Positions 11,644 to 22,212 of a stretch of 64,000 nucleotides of DNA are shown piece by piece. How positions within the stretch are numbered: position 1 is the stretch's first letter; every line of letters begins with the position of its first letter. The stretch spans positions 4,608,001-4,672,000 of the forward strand of contig OZ001293.3 in assembly GCA_963921275.4 (NCBI GenBank), in the 5' to 3' direction. The position numbers and the translations under genes are program-made. The DNA is from an uncultured Hormoscilla sp. GTDB taxonomy: Bacteria > Cyanobacteriota > Cyanobacteriia > Cyanobacteriales > Desertifilaceae. A model generated the notes under the pieces. The model was not told where the DNA came from, made no database searches, and worked only from the letters and a program-made list of their open reading frames with translations.

Positions 11644-11934
11644 ATGAGAAGGGCCGAGTTATTAGAGTTGTTGCGGGAATATCGCCCCAAGTTACAGCAA
11701 TACGGGGTAAAATCTCTGGCGGTGTTTGGTTCTGTGGCGCGAGATGAGGTTACGCCGACTTCTGATGTGGATTTGTTGGTGGAGTTTGATGGGGTGGTGA
11801 CCTTCGATCGCTATATGGATTTGAAATTTTTACTGGAGGATGGTTTGGGGCGATCGGTGGATTTGGTCAGTGCTAAGATGTTAAAGCCTCTTATCAGAGA
11901 AACCGTGCTTCAGGAGGCGATCGATGTCTCGTAG
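11644..11934 (+). CDS. minimal nucleotidyltransferase antitoxin (MntA-like)
   Basis: FGSVARDE...SDVDLLVEF motif. Confidence 0.92.
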   Translation: MRRAELLELLREYRPKLQQYGVKSLAVFGSVARDEVTPTSDVDLLVEFDGVVTFDRYMDLKFLLEDGLGRSVDLVSAKMLKPLIRETVLQEAIDVS

Positions 11935-12292
11935 TTTACGCCTGTATTTTGAATATCTTCTCATCGCCGGTGAAAAGGTGATGCGCTACACAGAAGGGAT
12001 GGAATTTGCCGAGTTTTTGGCAGACGATCGCACGTTTGATGCGGTGGTGCGGAATTTACAGATTATTGGAGAGGCGGTTAAACAAATTCCATTAGAAATG
12101 CGAGAACGCTATTCACAGGTAGAATGGCGCAAAATTGCGGGATTACGGGATGTGTTGGCACATGCTTATTTTAGTTTGGAGGATGAGACAATCTGGAATG
12201 CAGTGGAAACTAAGGTGCCAAAGTTACTCGATGAGGTCAGAGAAATTGTCGAGCGAGAGTTTGGTGGAGTTGATAGTATTGATTCGGAGTAA
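11924..12292 (+). CDS. HEPN/DUF86 ribonuclease toxin (HepT-like)
   Basis: IIGEAVK, WRKIAGLRDVLAHAYF (RX4HXY); overlaps the MNT gene. Confidence 0.92.
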   Translation: MSRSLRLYFEYLLIAGEKVMRYTEGMEFAEFLADDRTFDAVVRNLQIIGEAVKQIPLEMRERYSQVEWRKIAGLRDVLAHAYFSLEDETIWNAVETKVPKLLDEVREIVEREFGGVDSIDSE

Positions 12293-12310
12293 TTTGGAGA
12301 AATTGGTGGG

Positions 12311-13654
12311 ATGAAGTGGGAAAGTAAATCAATTGATGAAATCACCGAGGTCATTATTGACCATCGAGGAAAAACCCCTAATAAAAGTGCATCTGGAATA
12401 CCACTAATTACGGCTAAAATAAAAAATGGAGTCCCGTCAGGGTGGGAACTTCGACAATTAGGTGAAATCATTTTAGAAATCATTGATTATCGAGGAAAAA
12501 CTCCCAAGAAATTGGGCGGTGATTGGTCACAGGAAGGAATTCGCGCTTTATCAGCACTCAATGTGAAAAATAATCGGTTGATAAACTTAGAAAAATGTAA
12601 GATGGTTGATGAAAACTTATATCAAAAATGGATGCAATCTGAAATTTAAAAAGGAGATATTTTAATGACATCAGAAGCACCATTAGGAGAGTTATGCTAT
12701 TTAATGTCTGAAGAAATTTTTTGCTTGAGTCAAAGACTTTACTGTATACGAGCAAATCCTGATATTGTTTTATCTTATTTTTTATTTTGTTCGTTACAGT
12801 CACCTTTTTTTCAAGCAGGGTTAAAAGCTAAAGCCACAGGAACAACAGTTTTAGGAATAAGGCAAAGTGATCTAAAAAATGTACTTGTTCTACTTCCCCC
12901 ACTGCCAACGCAAAAACGCATCGCGGATATCCTCTCAAAATATGACGACCTCATCGACAACAACAACCGCCGCATCGCATTACTAGAGGAGTCCGTACAT
13001 CTGCTGTATCGGGAGTGGTTCGTGAGCCTGCGGTTTCCGGGTCACGAGTCCGTGCGCGTTGTGGATGGAGTCCCGGAAGGATGGGAACGAGTAACCGCAG
13101 AGCGGGTGATCTCGTTTAATCCTAAAACATCAGTTCCTAAAGGTGAAAATCGCCCATTCGTACCGATGCAATCTTTATCAACGAACCTAATGACAATTGA
13201 TGATATTGAATATCGACCGGTAAAAGGTGGAGCTAAATTTAAAAACTACGACACTTTACTAGCTAGGATAACACCTTGCCTTGAAAATGGGAAAACAGCT
13301 TTTGTTCAATTTTTAGACGATGATGAATTGGTTGCCACTGGTTCAACTGAGTTGATCGTCATGCGCTCTGAAAAAGTTTCGCCTTACTGGGTTTATTGTT
13401 TATCTCGATCTTATAATTTCCGACAACACGCAATCAATAGTATGTCAGGTTCAGATAATCGCCAACGAGTTCAACCAAAATCTTTAGAGGGATTTGAAAT
13501 ATTGAAGCCGAAAGAGAATATTTTAGAAAAGTTTCATAATCTATCTAGACCGGTTTTTATAAAGATTCATTTATTAAGTGATGCAAACCAAAAACTCAAA
13601 GAAGCCCGCGACTCGCTGTTACCACGTCTAATGAATGGGAGCCTAGAAGTATGA
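12311..13654 (+). pseudogene. hsdS: type I R-M specificity subunit (allele 2), chimeric with in-frame TAA
   Basis: 12311-12649 and 12665-13654 share a frame and are split by TAA at 12647; spacer and C-terminus near-identical to allele 1, TRDs differ. Confidence 0.88.
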
Positions 13655-16600
13655 GCGCCGAATACTCGGAAGACAAACTCGTACAACAAACCACGGCCGA
13701 TAAATTCCAAGACCTCGGTTGGGAAAGCATTTTTGCCTACAATGAGGAAACCTACGGCGAAACCGGAACCCTGGGCCGATCGCACGAGGGGGAAGTTCTG
13801 CTGAAACGGGACCTCCGCGCCGCCCTAAAACGCCTTAACCCCGGACATCCCGAAACCGCCTATAGCGAAGCCATAGAAAAACTCAGCCAAACCAGCAGTT
13901 CTAAAACCCTGCTGCAACATAACCAGGAAAAATATAAACTCATCCGCGACGGGATCCGCGTCAGTTACACCACCGCGAGGAGTGAAAAACGCGAGCCCTC
14001 ACTGCGCTTCATTGACTTTCAGCAACCGGAAAATAACCGCTTTCTCGTCGTTCGCGAACTCTGGATACAAGGTAAACTCTACCGCCGTCGCCCCGATATC
14101 ATCGGCTTTGTGAACGGCATTCCTCTATTATTTATCGAACTGAAAAAAACCAGCCGCGATCTTCGGGTCGCCTATAACTGCAACTTCAGCGACTACCAAG
14201 ACACTATCCCGGAACTATTCCACTACAACGCCATTGTTTTACTCAGTAATGGCATAAACTGTAAAGCTGGAAGCCTCACCAGTCCTTTCGAGTTCTTCCA
14301 CGAATGGAAACGCCTTCAAGAAAACGAAGTGGGGCGAGTTGACTGGGAAACCATGCTGATGGGCATTTGTACCCCTGCCAATTTCCTCGACTTAGTGCAA
14401 AACTTCCTATTTTTCGATGCCGGGGGGAAAAAAGGCACTGTCAAAATTCTCGCCCGGAACCACCAATATCTCGGCGTTAACCAGACCTTTAATATCCTTC
14501 GCAACCGTAACAACAGTCCAGAACCCAATAAAGTCGGGGTATTCTGGCATACCCAAGGTAGCGGTAAATCCTACTCGATGGCCTTCCTCAGCGAAAAAGT
14601 CCATCGCCTGCTTCCCGGTAACTATACATTTTTAATTGTCACCGATCGGGTGGAACTGGACCAGCAAATCTCCAGCACCTTTGCCAACTTGGGTACTTGC
14701 GCTGGCAACACCCAAGCCACCAGCGGCGCATATCTCACCGAACTGCTGAAGCAAAATCACCGCTACGTCTTCACTTTAATTCATAAATTCAACCGACCGG
14801 GCACCATCTACAGTCAGCGGGATAATATTATCGTCATGTGCGACGAAGCCCACCGCACCCAGTACGGTATACTGGCTGACAATATGCGCCACGGACTACC
14901 CAACGCCGCCTTTATCGCCTTTACCGGAACTCCTTTAATGGACTCCCCTGAAGACCAACTCACCCGTCAAACCTTCGGTGATTATGTTTCTACCTACGAC
15001 TTCCAACGGGCGATCGCCGATGGTGCCACGGTTCCCCTCTACTACGACAACCGGGGCGAAAAACTGGTCTTTCAGTGGGAGGGTGAAGAAATTTCCGTGG
15101 CTAACAGCGAGGAACTTAATGAGAAAATCGCTGAGGAACTGAACAAACACGACCTGGACGAAAAAGACGAAGCCGCTATTTGGCGTCGCTTGAAAAAAGA
15201 TTACATGATTCTCACCGCCCCAGACCGCCTCGATCGCATCGCGGAAGACCTGGTATCCCATTACATCCAACGCTGGCCAACAGGCAAAGCCATGCTAGTC
15301 TGTCTGGATAAAATTACCGCTGTTCGGATGCACGGACTCATCGATAAATACTGGAAACAGGCGATCGCCCAACAGCAACAGCGGGTGAAACAAGCAACGG
15401 ACGATCAAGACGCGATCGCACAGCAAAGCTATCTTGACTGGCTGCAAGAAACGGAATATATTGTAGTCATCAGCGAATCCCAGAACGAGGTAAAAACCTT
15501 TCAAGAATGGGAACTGGAAATCAAACCCCACCGAGAAAAGATCAAAAATCGTCCCCTTGACGATGAATTTAAGGACCGAGGCCATCCCTTCCGCCTCGCG
15601 ATCGTCTGCGCCATGTGGTTAACGGGATTTGATGTCAAGTCCCTGGGGACTCTCTACATCTACAAACCCATGCGGGGACACAATCTCATGCAAACGATCG
15701 CCCGGGCCAACCGAGTTGACGAGGGGAAAGATAACGGTTTACTGGTAGATTACAATGGAATTCTCAAAAGCCTGCGAGATGCCTTATCAAAATACGCTTG
15801 CGGGACAACTGAAACTGCCCAAAGTCAGGATGATACCAGCATCACTGAAGATAAAACCCTGTATCCTGACGTAGAAGCAGAACTCCGCAACAAGTATCAA
15901 TACTCAATTCAAGCCTGCATTAACCATATCCACAACTTCGGTTGCGACTTACAGCAACTCATCGATGCCACTGGTTTTGATAAGTCAGCCCTTCTCGACG
16001 GTAAAAATAAGGACTCCATCCTGAATGCGATTTGTACCAATGATGAATCACGGGCGCGGTTTGATGTACTAGCGCGGCAAGTTTTCCAGAAAAAGCGATC
16101 GCTTCAGGGCTATGACGGCATTACCCGCGAATACCAGCAGTATAACGCCATTGATGCCATTTACAAACAACTCCATCAACCCAAAGAACGCAGCCCTGAC
16201 TTAAACGCAGTCCTGCGATCGCTTCAGGAAAATATCGGAGAGGGAATTATCGTGCAAAGGGAACGAGAACCGGGGGCCGAGTCCGGCAATGTCTATGATA
16301 TTAGTCAAATTGACTGGGATTTACTGAAAGCATCCTTTAGAAAGTCATCAACCAAAAACCTCCAGGTACAATCTCTTAAAAATTACGTTCAACAGCAACT
16401 GAACCGGATGTTGGAAAAGAATCAAAGTCAGCGCCGCCTTAGTCTTTACGAACGCTACCACAAAATTGTCAACGACTACAACCGAGAAACTGACCAGGTG
16501 GCGATCGAGCAAACCTTCGAGGCCCTCATGTACCTGGTGCGAGATATCTCCGAAGAAGAAAGCCGCGCTGTCCGGGAAAACTTAAATGCAGAACATCTGG

Positions 16601-16908
16601 CAATTTTCGATTTACTGTGCGAGAATAAAGAAAATCTCAGTCCCCGATCGCGCAATCAAATTAAAGAAGTGGCCCGATCGTTACTTCTTGAAATAAAAGC
16701 CAGTTTATAAACTCTAGAAAGTTGGCAAAATAAAGAATCGACCCAAGCACAAGTACGCCAACTCATTTACAATATTCTTTACGATGAAATCGCGGTTTTA
16801 CCCATCAATGATTATGAGGAAAAGGAAATCGAAGAATATACCAATGTTATCTACCTGCACGTATTTCGCCAATATGGCCGGGCTAGCAGTCAATCCAATG
16901 TCGCTTAA
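13651..16908 (+). pseudogene. hsdR: type I R-M restriction subunit with premature stop
   Basis: RPDIIGFVNGIPL-IELK nuclease, HTQGSGKS, DEAHR, FTGTP, MWLTGFD; TAA at 16708, and the frame continues (TLESWQNKESTQAQV...HVFRQY) to TAA at 16906-16908. Confidence 0.88.
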
Positions 16909-16968
16909 TATAGTAGGGTGGGCAATGCCCACCCTACTTCTGCCTCTTTTGTTGTAGAAAAGATAAAT

Positions 16969-17460
16969 ATGGAAAAGCTTATTCTGGGATTAGACCCGGG
17001 ATTGGCCACTCTGGGGTTTGGGATAATTTGCTGTCAGACTGATGGTAATGGAGACAATAATGGCGTCAAAACTCTTGATTTTGGCGTGATTAAAACTCCA
17101 GCATCAGCCAAGATGGGCGATCGGCTGCGAACGATTTACGAAGATTTACACTTCCTGGTTTCAGAGTGGCAACCAGACTTAGCGGCGGTAGAAAAGCTGT
17201 TTTTTTATCGGATGGGAAATGTGATATTGATAGCTCAGGCGCGGGGAGTGCTAACCTTAGTGTTAGCTCAAAACAATATCCCAATGGTTGAATTTACTCC
17301 CCCGCAAGTGAAGCAGGCATTAACGGGTTACGGCAATGCGGATAAAGAGGAAGTCCAGGAAGCGGTAATGCGGGAGCTAGACTTGGAGTATATTCCTAAA
17401 CCAGATGATGCAGCGGATGCCCTGGGTGTAGCCTTGACCGCTTGGTTTCAATCAGAATAG
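16969..17460 (+). CDS. ruvC: Holliday junction resolvase
   Basis: [30 protein letters not shown]. Confidence 0.96.
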   Translation: MEKLILGLDPGLATLGFGIICCQTDGNGDNNGVKTLDFGVIKTPASAKMGDRLRTIYEDLHFLVSEWQPDLAAVEKLFFYRMGNVILIAQARGVLTLVLAQNNIPMVEFTPPQVKQALTGYGNADKEEVQEAVMRELDLEYIPKPDDAADALGVALTAWFQSE

Positions 17461-18011
17461 TTAATTGTTAATGGTTAATTGTTAATTATGAAACGATAGA
17501 ACACCATGCTTAACCCATTGTCCTGCCTCCTGTCAAATGGGAAGGCGAGAAAAGATGATTTTCTGTTCTGGTGCGGAGCTAGCAGCAGCACCGATGGCAC
17601 CGGTTGCATAATCTAGGACATTTACATCAGCTTCCTGCAACTGCGGTCGATTTCGATCCTCTAGCAGTTGCACTCTCTGGCAAACCACGTGCATTAAAAG
17701 TCAATTTTATCCGTCAAGATTTTAGCGATTAAGTATAATTATTTATTGACGATTAATATGCACCCATGTATAATTGTGTGGTTTGTAGCCAGTCGGATTA
17801 GATTCGGCGATCGGTTGCTTGACAGCAAAAGAAAATTTTCTCTGTTAAAGATTAGGTAATTAACTATAATTACTGTTGACATTATTAAATGTAGCCTGTA
17901 AAGTAGTAAAAAAAGTTGTGATAGACATGGTTGGGCGGCTATAATAAGGGTATGTTAAGTATTGTGGCGATTTCAGCCCCCCAAGAAAGTCTATCATATC
18001 TTGAAAAAATG

Positions 18012-18077
18012 GTATAACAAAAGCTTAAAGCTGACGCGCCAAAGGAAGCAAGCGTGCAGCTTAAGCAACTGAACGGC
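18012..18077 (+). other. degenerate attC-like site
   Basis: GTATAAC, then GCTTAAAGCTGACGC...GCGTGCAGCTTAAGC imperfect stem with bulges; R' GTT missing. Confidence 0.45.
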
Positions 18078-18109
18078 GGACGAATAATTTGATCGACAGG
18101 TTTTTTATT

Positions 18110-19607
18110 ATGAATGCAGAAGTTTTGACATTACAGACGAGAGTGGAAAATACTATTTCGTTGGGGAAAAGTCATTTTCGTGAATATAAGTCTGCTTTTG
18201 AAAACGCACCAGACAAGAAAGTACGAAGAAAGGTTAAACATATCTGTGCTGACATTGCTGAAGCACTGGTGGCATTTGCCAATGCTGACGGTGGTGAATT
18301 GCTTGTTGGGGTTGAGGACAATGGAACAATTACTGGCATTCCTCATGACGAAAAGGAAGTGCAGCAAATGCTGAAAGCTGTTGTGACCCACACCGAAGCG
18401 GATACAAAGCTTCCTTTAATCCATAGCGATCTTCTTAATCTTGATGGCTCAAAAGTATTGTTTTTTGCAGTTATTTGCTAAAGACTCTCGCAATTGGTAT
18501 CCGCACTCTAGTGTCCGAATCCTTAAAGTAAATGGGACAAAATTGAAATCAGGTGAGCAATACAATGTGGTGTCGGATAGAGGAATTTATGGAAACATTT
18601 TTGAACTATTAAGAAAAGCATGGGAGGAATTGCGATTCTTTCTGGCTTATAAGACAGAGTTTGGTTCAGATGCAAAGTTTGAGCAAAAGTATGTCTATCC
18701 TGAAGATGCGTGCAGGGAAGCACTTGTGAACGCAATCGCCCATCGAGATTATGTTGCTCAGTCAGGCATAGAAATATTTATTTTCGACGACCGAATGGAA
18801 ATAAAAAGCCCGGGAGCTTTACTATCCACAATGTCATTGGAAACATTACGTGACTTGAAGGGTGCTCATGAATCCAGAAACTCTACTATTGCAAGAATAT
18901 TGCGAGAAAATCAAATCATGAGAGAACTGGGCGAAAGAATGCAACGAATTTTCAAGGCAATGGAGAAAGGTGAATTGCAAGAACCAGAAATTTCGACTGA
19001 CGATCGTTCATTTTCAATAACTTTGTGGAAGAAATCAGTTTTTTCACCACAGCAGATGCAGTGGCTAAATGTATTCCGTGAGTACGATCTAACTAGACTC
19101 CAAAAGAAGATTCTTGTCTGTTGCATGAATGGGAACCAGATATCACAGCAAGATATTATTGATGCGATGAATGATGATGATAGAAACACTTATGATCGTG
19201 AAGTAACAGGTTTGAGAAAGGCCGGAATTCTGACTACCACAATGAGCAATTCTCAAGCTAACAAATTCGCAAAAAATAATAGTGTTGAGAAAGCGAAAAT
19301 AGCTAGATTTAAAGTAACTGTACCTGCATCAAGTTCTGTAAATCAGCAAGCAAAATTGGGTGTATTTGTACGCAATTTACCTGGAGATATTAATGAATAC
19401 GAGGTGCAAAGAAGATTCGAGAGTTGTGGACGAGTACGGAATGTTCAATTGGCAGCACCAAGAAATGGCTATTATGGAAGCTACAGGTTTGCAACCGTGT
19501 TCTACATATCAAAACAAGCCGTCGATTCAGCTATTGAAGAACTGGATGGCATTGAGGTTCGCTCACGAAGAATTGATGTTCGCAAATACATACCCAAGGC
19601 AACATAA
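18110..19607 (+). pseudogene. Schlafen/AlbA_2 + RecG-C-type (HATPase_c_4) + wHTH + RRM protein, split by an internal deletion or frameshift
   Basis: EYKS...VAFANADGGELLVGVED; REALVNAIAHRDY, EIKSPG, SRNSTIA; C-terminal VFVRNLP...RFATVFY...AIEELDG. Confidence 0.8.
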
Positions 19608-19682
19608 TATATAAGATATTCTACTAACCACAAAACATATCTGGAACCCGTGTGACAAGAGACCCTTGTCTGGTGATACGCC

Positions 19683-19734
19683 GCCTAACAGGGCTTGCAG
19701 CCGACGCGAAGCGCGGCAGAAGCAACCGTTAGCT
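19683..19734 (+). other. attC-like integron cassette recombination site
   Basis: GCCTAAC ... GCTT(G)CAGCCG(A)CGC-GAA-GCGCGGCAGAAGC ... GTTAGCT. Confidence 0.65.
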
Positions 19735-19828
19735 TTAACTTGAGTATTCACTCACGGAAATAACCAAGCACCATCAAATGTATGCAATATAGCGACGATA
19801 AATGTCTATATATTAGGACATTTCTAAA

Positions 19829-19927
19829 CGGGAGCATTTCAATTTTGCACGCTGCTGCCTGACAAAGGCGCGGCACCTTACTCGAAGCCCTTTTGGGCTA
19901 CTGGTTGCATTCATTGAAATGCTCCCG
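19829..19927. mobile_element. 99-bp MITE-like element
   Basis: perfect 15-bp terminal IR CGGGAGCATTTCAAT. Confidence 0.7.
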
Positions 19928-20002
19928 ATCGCAGGTTGATGCTGGTTTTCAATTCCTAACTAGCTATAAGCAAAGCAATTCTTGCAGCAATTAACCTTCT
20001 CC

Positions 20003-20401
20003 TCATTGCAACGGACGGTTAACTCGAATCAGCTTACCCCTTAAACTTTCTTCTCTAGAAACAGCGTCGTTGATTCGACTGGCCAGGGTTTCAAAGTCCG
20101 TGTCCTCCGTGCAAACCACGATACCCGCATGGTCGCTTTGTTGAAGGTGCAGCCGCATGAAATGACACGCTACGCTGATTGCCGGTTAAAACTGCGCGAT
20201 TGTTACTGGCTGCGAAAGCAAGCACCTCTGGAACTGAGGTTTGTAGTGAGGACGAAAGTCCTCACTACAAACCTCAGAAAAATCGGGAATCCCAAGATTG
20301 GCATTCCCGGCTTCTTGGGCAGTGAGGACATCGTGACCCATTGCTCGCAGAAATGCTATAACTGGACGGGGGAAATTTTCATCGATATAAAAACGTGCCA
20401 T
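20003..20401 (-). pseudogene. DUF5615 PIN-like toxin disrupted by a palindromic insertion
   Basis: MARFYIDENF...GHDVLT...IPD, then palindrome GAGGTTTGTAGTGAGGAC-GAAA-GTCCTCACTACAAACCTC, then EVLAFA...RAVLT...HAGIVVC in other frames. Confidence 0.8.
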
Positions 20402-20405
20402 TAAA

Positions 20406-20744
20406 TTAGCCTTCCTGCATCACTTCGTCGTTTTCGCGAATCGCTTGTTCGATTTCCTCTGGATATGCCTCAGCATAAGCCCAGGCATTGACTAAATCAG
20501 CGGCACTCAGATGCGGAAAAGCTTCTAAAATCTGGGCATCGCTCGCACCTATACGACGGTAATTCACTAAAGACCAAACGGGTATGCGGGTTTTGGCAAT
20601 ACAGGCATCGCCACCCACAACCCCAGGAGTTTTGCTAATACCTTGCGAACTGTGGAGAAAGCTTTGGGTTAAAATCTGAATTACTTCCACCTTCTCGGCC
20701 TTGGTCAAGGCTAGGATTTCAGTTTCTAATTGTTTGACAGTCAT
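20406..20744 (-). CDS. DUF433 antitoxin
   Basis: TPGVVGGDACIAKTRIPVW...AFPHLS; lies upstream of the DUF5615 gene. Confidence 0.9.
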   Translation of the reverse strand: MTVKQLETEILALTKAEKVEVIQILTQSFLHSSQGISKTPGVVGGDACIAKTRIPVWSLVNYRRIGASDAQILEAFPHLSAADLVNAWAYAEAYPEEIEQAIRENDEVMQEG

Positions 20745-20875
20745 TTTTTTACCCTCGCTGTGAGGCTCCGATAATATCTACGATTGTATAGCAAGTCTAA
20801 ATCATTAGCAATATCTGAGAAACCGATCCGAATCTCAGTTCAACGGTAAGGTGGGCGGTGCCCACCCTACATTCA

Positions 20876-21138
20876 TTAGCTAACCTTGACCTTGACTACC
20901 TTGTTCTTTTCTTCTTCAGCTTTGGGCAGAGTTAGAGTCAGAATGCCATCTTTATACTCGGCTTGAACGTGAGAATTATTGATGCGACCGGGCAGGGGAA
21001 TGACTCGCTGAAACTTGCCGTAACGAAACTCAGTGCGAGTCATGCCCTTGTCTTCGGTTTTGGTTTCAGATTTGCGATCGCCACTCACAGATACAGCTTC
21101 AAGAGTCGCCTGAATGTCTAGGTCATTAATGTCCATCT
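20876..21138 (-). pseudogene. 3' half of a diverged Hsp20 gene copy
   Basis: similar but not identical to 21772-22033; 5' half missing. Confidence 0.85.
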
Positions 21139-21279
21139 TTGTATTCCGCTTGAATATCAGAATTATTGATGCGACCGGGGGGAGGAATGACTGGGTGTGA
21201 TCAAAAGTAGTTGCAGTAGGAGCCCCCCAAACCCCCTGGTCACATTAGCTATAGCTATTTCAACATGCAGCTTGACAAT

Positions 21280-21420
21280 AAACTATTGTTGGCTTACAAT
21301 AAACTATTGCTGGCTTACAACAAGCTATTGCTGGCTTACAACAAGCTATTGCTGGCTTACAACAAGCTATTGCTGGCTTACAATAAGTTGTTGTAAGCCA
21401 GCAATAAGCTATTGTAAGCC
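21280..21420. repeat. 21-bp tandem repeat CAAGCTATTGCTGGCTTACAA with inverted terminal units
   Basis: about 5 tandem units, then TTGTAAGCCAGCAATA in the opposite orientation. Confidence 0.9.
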
Positions 21421-21562
21421 TATTGTTTGTTACAATTTTCTGACGATTGTCGCCGTGCCGGGCACGGCGACACCATAAGTTCAAATAGGGTGTGGTCATG
21501 CGTTGCAGCACCGATCCCCCCTAACCCCCCCCTTCCGAAAGGGAGGGTTTCGGAAGCCCCCT

Positions 21563-21740
21563 TATCCCAATGGTTGAATTTACTCCCCCGCAAGTGAAGC
21601 AGGCATTAACGGGTTACGGCAATGCGGATAAAGAAGAAGTCCAGGAAGCGGTAATGCGGGAGCTAGACTTGGAGTATATTCCTAAACCAGATGATGCAGC
21701 GGATGCCCGTAGCCTTGACCGCTTGGTTCAATCAGAATAG
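21563..21740 (+). repeat. duplicate of the ruvC 3' end
   Basis: matches 17277-17460 except for small deletions and a substitution. Confidence 0.92.
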
Positions 21741-21771
21741 TAGGGTGGGCAGTGCCCACCCTACATTGAAA

Positions 21772-22212
21772 TTAGCTAACCTTAACCTTGACTACCTTGT
21801 TCTTTTCTTCTTCAGCTTTGGGCAGAGTTAGGGTCAGAATGCCATCCTTATACTCTGCTTGAACGTGAGAATTGTTGATGCGACCGGGCAGGGGAATGAC
21901 ACGCCCGAACTTGCCGTAACGAAACTCAGTGCGCGTCATGTCATTTTCCTCAGTTTCGCTTTTTGATTTGCGATCGCCGCTCACAGATACAGCTTCAGCA
22001 GTCGCCTGAATGTCCAGGTCATTAATGTCCATACCAGGAACTTCCAGTTTCAGGTGATAAGCTGACGCTGTTTCTGACAATTCCGCAGCAGGTGCAAAAG
22101 CAAAAGTTCCGTCGCCCCGACGAGAAGTAGTGAAGAAGTCGTCGAACAGGCGATTCATTTGCCGTTGCATCGTGTCAAGCTCACGAAATGGTTCAAAACG
22201 TACAAGTGCCAT
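21772..22212 (-). CDS. hspA: small heat shock protein Hsp20
   Basis: PFRELDTMQRQMNRLFD, EFRYGKFGRVIPLP, AEYKDGILTLTLPK. Confidence 0.92.
   Translation of the reverse strand: MALVRFEPFRELDTMQRQMNRLFDDFFTTSRRGDGTFAFAPAAELSETASAYHLKLEVPGMDINDLDIQATAEAVSVSGDRKSKSETEENDMTRTEFRYGKFGRVIPLPGRINNSHVQAEYKDGILTLTLPKAEEEKNKVVKVKVS

Noticed and set aside
16969..17460. RuvC-domain TnpB/Cas12-like nuclease
   Set aside because: It is the short canonical Holliday junction resolvase.
21280..21420. CRISPR array
   Set aside because: Units are contiguous with no unique spacers, and no cas genes are present.
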